From Schizosaccharomyces osmophilus (Eukaryota), in NCBI RefSeq assembly GCF_027921745.1, contig NC_079239.1:868001-932000 (forward strand): 64,000 nucleotides of DNA, given 5' to 3'. Below the pieces are notes generated by a model, which saw only the letters and a list, made by a program, of their open reading frames with translations, made no database searches and was not told where the DNA came from. Position 1 is the first letter of the stretch. Every line of letters begins with the position of its first letter. This document shows, one piece after another, positions 56,304 to 64,000 of this stretch. The position numbers and the translations under genes were made by a program.

Positions 56304-57248
56304 ATGCAGAAGCAACATTATTGTGATTTGGAGCTAATAGGACAAGGTAGCTTTGGCTCTGTTTTTAAAGCTATCAATGTTGAAACATCCAAACCAGTCG
56401 CTCTTAAAGTAGTAGATTTGGATGCAACGACGGATCAAATAGAATCTCTTACTCGAGAAATTAATTTTTTGATTGGATTAAACTCGCCATTTATTACTAG
56501 ATATTATGAGTCTTTTCTGGATGGGACGCGCTTATGGATAAGCATGGAGTATTGCGATGGAGGCAGTTGTACAGAGCTTTTGAAGACAGTCGGAAAGTTT
56601 CCGGAACAGGTAATAGCTGAGATCCTAAAGAATATATTGGAGGCTTTGGTGTACTTGCATGGTCAAGGAAAAATGCACCGCGATATAAAAGCTGCGAACA
56701 TCCTAACTACGCAGGATGGGGAAGTTAAGCTAGCAGACTTTGGTGTATCCGGTCAATTGCAAAATTTCTACGATAAAAATGATGATTTCGTTGGTACCCC
56801 ATTTTGGATGGCTCCAGAAGTTGTCAAACAAACTGGCTATAATGCCAAAGCCGACATATGGTCCCTGGGAATCACGGCTTTTGAGTTAGCAAACGGAGAA
56901 CCTCCTTATTCCGGCATACATCCTATGAAAGTATTACTTTTAATTCCAAAACACGCTTCTCCATCATTAGATAGATCATCCTTTAGTCCAGCATTCTGTG
57001 ATTTCGTTGATCTGTGTCTTAAAAAAAACCCACAGGAACGCCCCTCACCATTGAAGCTCTTAGAACATAAGTTTATAAAGAAAAATTGTTCTAAAGACAC
57101 TCTGAAACTAGTTATCCAAACCTATTCCAAATGGAAACTTAACGATCAAACCTCCGACTTTGCTTCTCCATACAACGGTTCAGATTTTGTAAAAAATCCT
57201 GCTACCGTAGATAATGTGATATGGGATTTTGGCACACTATCCAGATAA
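56304..57248 (+). CDS. ppk11: STE20/GCK-family Ser/Thr kinase
   Basis: GQGSFG, HRDIKAANIL, DFG, VGTPFWMAPE, HPMKVL; short C-terminal tail with WDF. Confidence 0.85.
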   Translation: MQKQHYCDLELIGQGSFGSVFKAINVETSKPVALKVVDLDATTDQIESLTREINFLIGLNSPFITRYYESFLDGTRLWISMEYCDGGSCTELLKTVGKFPEQVIAEILKNILEALVYLHGQGKMHRDIKAANILTTQDGEVKLADFGVSGQLQNFYDKNDDFVGTPFWMAPEVVKQTGYNAKADIWSLGITAFELANGEPPYSGIHPMKVLLLIPKHASPSLDRSSFSPAFCDFVDLCLKKNPQERPSPLKLLEHKFIKKNCSKDTLKLVIQTYSKWKLNDQTSDFASPYNGSDFVKNPATVDNVIWDFGTLSR

Positions 57249-57691
57249 CTCATTTAGGTGTGTTAAACCGATCCATGCTTTTATGATTTACAACAACTTT
57301 CTTTTGCTAGACTTGACTTGATATTTAATACATTTATTTAATGGGGCAGGCCCTAAAGAGCTGACCCGATGGCATTTTAGTATAAAAGTAGCGTTATAAA
57401 GATTAGGCTCATTAATCTTTAACCATTGAGGAACATGCTCTATGAGATTAGATGTTGTGTCCGCTCAGCAAATAAACCTTAGATTATGTGATGGGCGGAG
57501 AAGTATTATCGTGATACAAATAGAATTTAACGGAAACAAGGTCATTCTCTTAAGTAACTTTATGATTATATTTAACAGGAAGATCATCAGAGGGTGCTAA
57601 AAGGGACGAAGCAACAGGAACTCCGAGGATGAATCCCAATGTGAAGGACAAAGAAGGACTTTCAGTTTTTCAAAGGAACATTAGTCAAAAT

Positions 57692-58291
57692 TCAAGCAAA
57701 GTCGAGGGCTTTTCCGCCAACCAACAAACCCACAATTAAGCCAAACAGACCCAGAACACTTCCAAAAATTTCGACAACCAATACTTTTACAAACAAGGAA
57801 GCATCTTGCGCATCAGCTAGGGCAGCACTACTGCCAGTAATACCAACGCAGACGCCGCAAATTAAATTGCAAAGACCAACGGTGAGTCCTCCCCAAAAGA
57901 TAGCGAAGCCAGTGTAATAATTGGACTTGGTATATAGGTGAGAAGCACCGACAGCATTTAACTTTCCAGAGAAGACAATGGCTATAATCAGGGAATAGAT
58001 GGCTACCACTTCGCAGAAAATGATACTGATCAAGTTTTTGGTTTTGATTCGGGGCGCTTTAACAGCACCACCCAAAATAGAACTTCCACAAATAAAAATA
58101 CCCCAAGCTGCTCCAATAATACCAAAAGCGACACAGCTGGCAATGCCTAGCAAGCCCCAGGTATAGGGGCTGGTCTGAAGAAGAAAGCTTCCAACATCAA
58201 AAGCTTCTCCATTGCCATGAAACAACATGTATAGGCCGACTAAGGTTGAAAACCCAATCGCCATCCATATCGATGAATTTAATACGGACAT
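57692..58291 (-). CDS. vma16: V-ATPase V0 proteolipid subunit c''
   Basis: [32 protein letters not shown]; five hydrophobic helices; 199 aa. Confidence 0.95.
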   Translation of the reverse strand: MSVLNSSIWMAIGFSTLVGLYMLFHGNGEAFDVGSFLLQTSPYTWGLLGIASCVAFGIIGAAWGIFICGSSILGGAVKAPRIKTKNLISIIFCEVVAIYSLIIAIVFSGKLNAVGASHLYTKSNYYTGFAIFWGGLTVGLCNLICGVCVGITGSSAALADAQDASLFVKVLVVEIFGSVLGLFGLIVGLLVGGKALDFA

Positions 58292-58773
58292 TTTTGTGAT
58301 TAAGCTACTTTGGGACTTTTCTCTAAATGGAGGGTGAGGGCTCTGGGTGGACTAACCAGAACACTGACTGTAAATAGTCAGAAAAGAGATCTCTTCTGCT
58401 CAATTCATTATAAAGTTTTAAGAAAACTACCTTTTCGTTTGTCTTACGCTTTTTCAGAAGACCAATAGACCTACTCTTCAAAGAATTTTTGAATAACAAG
58501 TTAAAATCAACTTGCTTCACCGATTGTAATTTTTTGGGAGAAACGATAAATAAACACCTTCTTTCTGATCGTGAATCATTTTTAAGGGTTACTTTTTCAA
58601 TTAATTGCTCTAAATATTGCAATCATTGTTTATTATACCTGTCATTTTATTGTATACAAGCAAATTAGGAGAAATTAAAGTCACGAGGATTAATCAGACG
58701 CTGCTCCATACTATCACATATCTTTTTGAAACCTAGTTTGTGTACTGCGTCTAAAAGAAAAGATTTTTTTAGG

Positions 58774-59859
58774 ATGTCCAACTTGACTGAACAAAAGAAA
58801 CAAGCCAGAACGCCCAACGGAAGGAGAAAACAAGAACAGGATCCCATGATCCGGTTTTCAAAAGCACTTTCCAAGGTTCTTCGCCATACTGCCCAATCTA
58901 ATGGGTTGCGGCTTCGTCCAGATGGCTTCGTGTCGGTAGACGACCTACTTGAATTGCCGCAATTCAAAAGTCTATCGCTAGAGATGCTGAAAAAGATTGT
59001 GGATGAAAACGAAAAGAAAAGGTTTTCTTTGGCTGAAACGGATCGTAAGCTGTTCATTCGTGCCAATCAAGGGCACACAATTCGAACGATTGAAGTACCT
59101 ATGACACGTGTTAGTGATGCTTCTTTATTACCTAAGGTTGTACATGGTACAAGAAAAGAATTGTGGCCGAAGATTAACAAAGAAGGCCTTTCACGAATGA
59201 AAAGGAACCATATTCACTGTGCTACGGGGCTCTTTGGTGAACCTGGAGTTATTTCTGGGATTCGGAAATCATGTAGTTTGTATATTTATATCGATGTTTT
59301 AAAAGCGATGCAACATGGAATCGAGTTTTATCAATCAGAAAATGGAGTCATTTTAACTGAAGGAAGGGATGGAGTTTTATCACCTTCGTTTTTCAAAAAG
59401 GTTGAGACAAACCTTGGAGAGGTCCTTCTTGAAGCAGATGCGAAAACAGAGACTCCCAAAACCGACAACTCGCTACAAAAGAGTGCGAATACTGAGAGTG
59501 TTGATGATTTAGATCCATTTAGCGAGGACATGGAAGCACTTACAATGCACGATTTGAATCTCGTTCAAGAAAAGCACAGCAATTTTGGTTATTCAGAAGG
59601 CATCGTGAAGGGAAAAATGGAAGTTGCACAAAGCGGTTTTGATGATGGATATAGTCAGGGAGCTATCTATGGATTTGAATTTGGAAAAAAACTGGGAGAA
59701 CTAAAGGCAAAATTGCTTATTGTCGATGACGAAAAGGAACGAGCTTTATTGCAAAAGCAACTAGAAGAACTTGAGCATCAAAGTGAGTTTTCCAAATTTG
59801 TGTTTGCAAACAAGGAGTCGATCCGATCTAAATTAGACAAGACGCCTACTTTGAAATAA
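58774..59859 (+). CDS. tpt1: tRNA 2'-phosphotransferase Tpt1 fused to a C-terminal Yae1-like GX3 domain
   Basis: SKALSKVLRH, IRANQGHT, HGT, GLSRMKRNHIH, SENGVILT; followed by GYSEGIVKGK...QSGFDDGYSQGAIYGFEFGKKLG. Confidence 0.9.
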   Translation: MSNLTEQKKQARTPNGRRKQEQDPMIRFSKALSKVLRHTAQSNGLRLRPDGFVSVDDLLELPQFKSLSLEMLKKIVDENEKKRFSLAETDRKLFIRANQGHTIRTIEVPMTRVSDASLLPKVVHGTRKELWPKINKEGLSRMKRNHIHCATGLFGEPGVISGIRKSCSLYIYIDVLKAMQHGIEFYQSENGVILTEGRDGVLSPSFFKKVETNLGEVLLEADAKTETPKTDNSLQKSANTESVDDLDPFSEDMEALTMHDLNLVQEKHSNFGYSEGIVKGKMEVAQSGFDDGYSQGAIYGFEFGKKLGELKAKLLIVDDEKERALLQKQLEELEHQSEFSKFVFANKESIRSKLDKTPTLK

Positions 59860-60208
59860 ACATTTGAAGGTGTTTGTCATTCATCATGTATATAATCCGA
59901 CTTCATGCAGACTCATATCCTACAGATGGGAGCGAGTGCTTCCTTACGTGTGATCTTGAGGAGGATTGATACGTTTGACTTGCTCACTTTTGCTACCCGT
60001 TTACCTTTTTCATCATTTTACTCCTTTTTCCTTCGTGTATTATTTCTTAATTTCTTGCTCATTACATTTCGTTAATGTGTTTAGTAAGGTGCTGTGTCTT
60101 GCAAAACTAAATTGGTTAACGAGGTTGTAGCATATCGCAATTCCAGTACTTTCCTGCTTCCTTTCTCTCCGCTAGAATTTGCTTCTTTTACCAAAATTTG
60201 CAAAAGAA

Positions 60209-60985
60209 ATGCTGGCACCTACGGCGGCCGTAAACGGCATTCCTCCAAAAGGAAATGGTATGGAACAGTATTTGAATGGAAGTAGGGAGCTGACAATGCC
60301 AATAGAAGACGATGTGATGATTGATACAACCGGCAACACAAATGAAGTTACTGAAACAAGAGGCGACAGCACAATGGACATTGAAGGTGCTCCTAAATTC
60401 GCACCTGTACAGCCAAAAACAGAAAAAAAGCGTAGCTTGAAGCCTCAAACGAGGAAGGTTCCTATTCCTCCTCACAGAATGACTCCTCTTCGAAATGTAT
60501 GGCCCAAGCTTTATCCACCTTTGGTTGAGCATTTATTCCTTCAAGTTCGTATGAACGTTAAAGCTAGAGCAGTGGAATTACGCGAAAGCAAGGCTACGAA
60601 TGATCCTGGCGCCTTGCAAAAGGGAATGGATTTTGTGCAAGCATTTGCCCTCGGTTTTGACGTTGACGATGCAATCGCTCTCTTGCGTCTAGATGATTTA
60701 TATATTGACACCTTTGAAATCAAGGATGTGAAAACTTTGCAGGGTGATCACTTGAGTCGTGCCATTGGTCGTATTGCTGGACAAGCAGGAAAAACCAAGT
60801 TTGCTATCGAAAATGCTTCTCGTACAAGAATTGTGTTGGCAGATAGCAAAATTCACATTTTAGGCGGTTACAGCAATCTTCGTATTGCCAAGGATGCAAT
60901 CGTCTCCTTAATTCTCGGTTCTCCTCCTGGTAAAGTGTATGCTAATCTACGGAGTGCCGCTGCTCGAGCTAAAGAGCGTTTTTAA
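60209..60985 (+). CDS. pno1: KH-domain 40S biogenesis factor Pno1/Dim2 (Rbp28)
   Basis: VPIPPHRMTPL, GDHLSRAIGRIAG, LILGSPPGKVY; first ATG at 60209. Confidence 0.94.
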   Translation: MLAPTAAVNGIPPKGNGMEQYLNGSRELTMPIEDDVMIDTTGNTNEVTETRGDSTMDIEGAPKFAPVQPKTEKKRSLKPQTRKVPIPPHRMTPLRNVWPKLYPPLVEHLFLQVRMNVKARAVELRESKATNDPGALQKGMDFVQAFALGFDVDDAIALLRLDDLYIDTFEIKDVKTLQGDHLSRAIGRIAGQAGKTKFAIENASRTRIVLADSKIHILGGYSNLRIAKDAIVSLILGSPPGKVYANLRSAAARAKERF

Positions 60986-61610
60986 TTGCATGTAAAGATG
61001 ACAAATATGTGGATTTTTAGAAATATAGCAGATATTTTACGTGGATTCCCTCTTTTTCTTCACATTCTGATATGGAATTGGGAAATTAAAGAACTGAAAT
61101 CACAAATTACGAGCTTTGGATAAAAGTCTTTATTTTCATTTCTCTAAAATGTTTTTATTCTATTTTGGACAGGGTTGATTCTATTATTTAGTTTTGGGTT
61201 TATTAATGTTAAAACGGAATATTCCATATACTTAATGGATTGTTTTGAATAATCAATTATCAATAATTCTTATAGCAAGTCTCATACTGTAAGCTTTTCT
61301 CTCTTTTTGTAATTTCTATCAAAATTGTAAATAGATTCTTGTGTTCTTTGCTTAGTTTTTTGGTTTTCCTTTCCATCACTCTACTCACCTTTCTACCACA
61401 TATAGCAACTTGCTCAAGTTTGGAAACCAGCTGGTGCTGCTGCTGTCTTGAGACAAGCAAGTCTGTGTAAACTTTTTCCTTCTTTCTTTGCTAAACATAC
61501 TTTTATTATCTTTTTTTTTTTATGAATTTTGATGGGAACACATCTTGTTAAAAAAGGACTTTATTTTTGTTACATCTACTAGTTGTTTGAATAATCGTGT
61601 CGCATAAAAC

Positions 61611-62256
61611 ATGAGTGATCTGAATCGAGATGAACAGCTTGCATTTTTAGAATGTATGGGAAAATTGCAAAAAGAACTGGATTCAAGTTTCCAGCGGTAT
61701 GAAAGATTATCGCAAACGACCAAAGAACTCCAGGTATGTTTGCTTGCTTTATTTATCTTGGTTTTATGTAAATCAGTCATTATCTAACAATACGTAAGGA
61801 ACAATTGAATCAAGCTAAATCAAAAACTCAACACTCCATTCGTGTTTCATCGATTGGGACATCCCATTCTAATGAAACGTTGCTCCCTAATATGGAGCTT
61901 ATAGAGCTACGAGCAGAAAACGCAACCCTCAAACAAGATGCCCGTAATTTTGAGCAAATATCCAGTAACTACGCGAAAGGAATGGAAGAAATGGTTGGGT
62001 TCGTCTCTTCTTATACGGTAAGTTTGACCTCTACGTCTCAGAAATGATTCAAAAAAGCAACAACAAATGTTTTTGTACTAACATTTGGAAGGAGAAAATG
62101 AACATGAAAGTGAAGATAGTGCACGATGAATACTTGAAAATGTACGATGCTTTGGCTGCAGAGCGTATGTCCTTCTCAAAGAAGAACTATAAGGATGTAC
62201 AGGCGTTGGATAAAGTCAAAGGATGGTTACTTCAAGCATTAGAAGAAAATCCTTAA
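61611..62256 (+). CDS. csc4: Small coiled-coil protein, probable SIP/STRIPAK subunit Csc4; exons 61611-61733, 61799-62017, 62092-62256
   Basis: Two canonical phase-0 introns (GTATGT...CTAAC...AAG; GTAAGT...CTAAC...AAG) give a 168-aa ORF. The name rests on recalled synteny only. Confidence 0.65.
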
Positions 62257-62506
62257 CCATCACAAGAAATGCTGAGAAGCAAAGCTAAAAAGGCTCTTAA
62301 CGAACAAACTATCAAGCAAACAAGACTGGCTCCTTCACTACGTATTCTAAATATCTCCCTTTTTTATTATTCATGAGATTTATGGCATTATATGGATAAT
62401 TTTCGAAATGCATTCATTACTATTCATAAAAAATCAATGTATACTGAAAGCTGCATGTGAAAACCAACGCAGTGCAAATTATTAGGGGGAAGTTAAATCT
62501 ACAGCA

Positions 62507-63286
62507 TTAAATGATTAAACGAGCATATGCGAGAAGTAAAGCACCCGATCTAGAAATGGTTAATGTACTTAATTTTCAAAAAATCTTCAGACTAGGAATG
62601 AAGATCAGCTTTTCATACCCTGTAACAATTCCCAACAACCATTGAAGAGTCTGTGTTTTATACGTGGCTAACTGGGTTCGAAAATTTGACATTTCCGTAT
62701 CTATTTCCGCAGACAATTCTCGAAGTTTAAGCTCCTGCAAAGAAGCTTCATCATAGTGATTTAAACGCTCAATGCTCAATTGCAACCTAGCTTCTGCTGT
62801 CGAATTGTTAAGCTGGTCACGGAAGGATGTTCTCAAACGTTCAATGTCTGAAAATAATTGTCCCGCTTGGGCATGCAAAGCGGCCATTTCCTGACGTTCA
62901 ATACTTTGTAACTCACTGCGCAAATGAGCAAAATCGACCTTTTGTTGATACATGACCCGGTCTTGTTGTTCTTTCGTCACCAAATATCCACTCATCTTTT
63001 TATGGCTAAGGACAGTTAGAATCTTGCCTTTTCGCCCTCATTTTACTTACGAATCTGCGTAAATTTTAGAAATGGTCTTCGTAAATATTTCTGCATTTTT
63101 CTTCTGGATGCCGACCTCCTGTAAGCCACGAATAAAACCTAATGTATTGAATCCATGATACAATCTTCGCGGTATAAATAAAGGAGTATTCGACTTTATA
63201 AATGAAGGACTGAATAAGCAAGGATTTGAAAAATTAGGAACAGGTGAAATTTTTGAACAAATTGGATATCTTGAAAGGATGCGCAT
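62507..63286 (-). CDS. Mitochondrial DUF1640/CCDC90 (MCUR1/Fmp32-like) protein; exons 63286-63051, 63005-62619, 62549-62507
   Basis: Introns 63006-63050 and 62550-62618 give 221 aa: presequence-like N-terminus, FNTLGFIRGL, QKVDFAHLRSEL, KTQTLQWLLGIVTGSGALLLAYARL C-terminal TM. Confidence 0.88.
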
Positions 63287-63411
63287 TAGAAGTGAATTGG
63301 CAGAGTCTAGGGAGGTTTGGTCGCATTGGAAAAAAGGAAAGAAAAGCTATTCTCATAAAGAGAGATCAGCAAACATGTTTAAAAGATAATAAAGGATAGA
63401 AGAAGAATTGA

Positions 63412-64000
63412 TTAAATTTCAATGGGCATATCTCGAAACATGGAGGCGTCGAAAGCAGCAACCATGAGTTGCAAAGCATCAGACGTATACTTGGAATCAT
63501 TTCCTGCGTTGTGAAGACAGAATGGAGGTATATTTAACATTTTTAACATATTTCGAAGACCTACATACATTTCGGAAAGGTTCAAACCGAGCTTGGATGC
63601 TTCAAAATAGGAAAATATGTTCTGCGTATCCAACGTTATGACTTTAGAAGGGATAGTAACGCCCAAAAGTTGCAAATATCTTAGTTCATTAGGAATTCCA
63701 TGGGCGACTAGAATTATACTCGGAATCTGAAGTATTTCGTTTAGTTTTTCCCGGAGTACTGCCTTTGTCAGAAAAAGGGACTGTCCAAACCGAAAGTTGT
63801 CTACTTCATCAGGAACATACTTTCCATTTCGAAGATGTGAATGATTCGTAAGACGATAGTGGAACGATTGCCATTGATCGCTTACTCTAGTCGTGATCCC
63901 AGCTTCCGTTATGATTCTATGATCCCGTTCGTATGCTTCGAAATCCACCACCATGAAATTCCACCTTTTGTCTGCAATTGTTTCAAAAGCTAACTTTGCC
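63412..64000 (-). CDS. Gfd2-like DEDD/RNase H-fold conserved fungal protein (5' end outside the window)
   Basis: VDFEAYE..ITEAG, NGKYVPD..DNFRFG, LVAHG, LDTQ, LHNAGNDSKYT; frame is open to the window edge. Confidence 0.75.
   Translation of the reverse strand, partial: AKLAFETIADKRWNFMVVDFEAYERDHRIITEAGITTRVSDQWQSFHYRLTNHSHLRNGKYVPDEVDNFRFGQSLFLTKAVLREKLNEILQIPSIILVAHGIPNELRYLQLLGVTIPSKVITLDTQNIFSYFEASKLGLNLSEMYVGLRNMLKMLNIPPFCLHNAGNDSKYTSDALQLMVAAFDASMFRDMPIEI

Noticed and set aside
61330..61500. Possible spliced minus-strand mini-gene or hairpin between pno1 and csc4 (GTATGT and GTGAGT donors)
   Set aside because: No canonical branch points, no convincing start codon or ORF, and the hairpin is weak.

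Overview
Gene-dense, AT-rich fission-yeast euchromatin with short GT-AG introns, mostly with CTRAY branch points. It looks like a non-pombe Schizosaccharomyces (octosporus/cryophilus/osmophilus-like). From recall, it is colinear in reverse with S. pombe chromosome I cosmids SPAC23D3-27F1-25G10-2C4. It holds about 32 protein-coding genes: nup146, gpd2, a TBC Rab-GAP, rfc2, pdp3, prp10, pdt1, ost1, ani2, a class-III aminotransferase, nuf2, uch1, cdc8, pan1, tif302, cut7, rps28, his1, rec10, zip1, cce1, an RRM protein, msy2, rps8, ubx2, ppk11, vma16, tpt1(+Yae1), pno1, csc4, a DUF1640 protein and a partial DEDD/Gfd2-like gene. I rebuilt spliced models by hand for eight genes that the ORF track misses, truncates or reads through. 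I recognised no tRNA, rRNA, transposon or CRISPR. The most notable observations are: a Tpt1-Yae1 fusion ORF; a stop-free in-frame first intron in the splicing factor gene prp10; a bacterial PatA-like aminotransferase with a motif-rich promoter; recent coding tandem-repeat expansions in nup146 and pan1; an apparent single-gene inversion of cce1; and MCB plus DSR motifs at rec10. Gene names come from protein motif recognition and recalled synteny, not from database searches.
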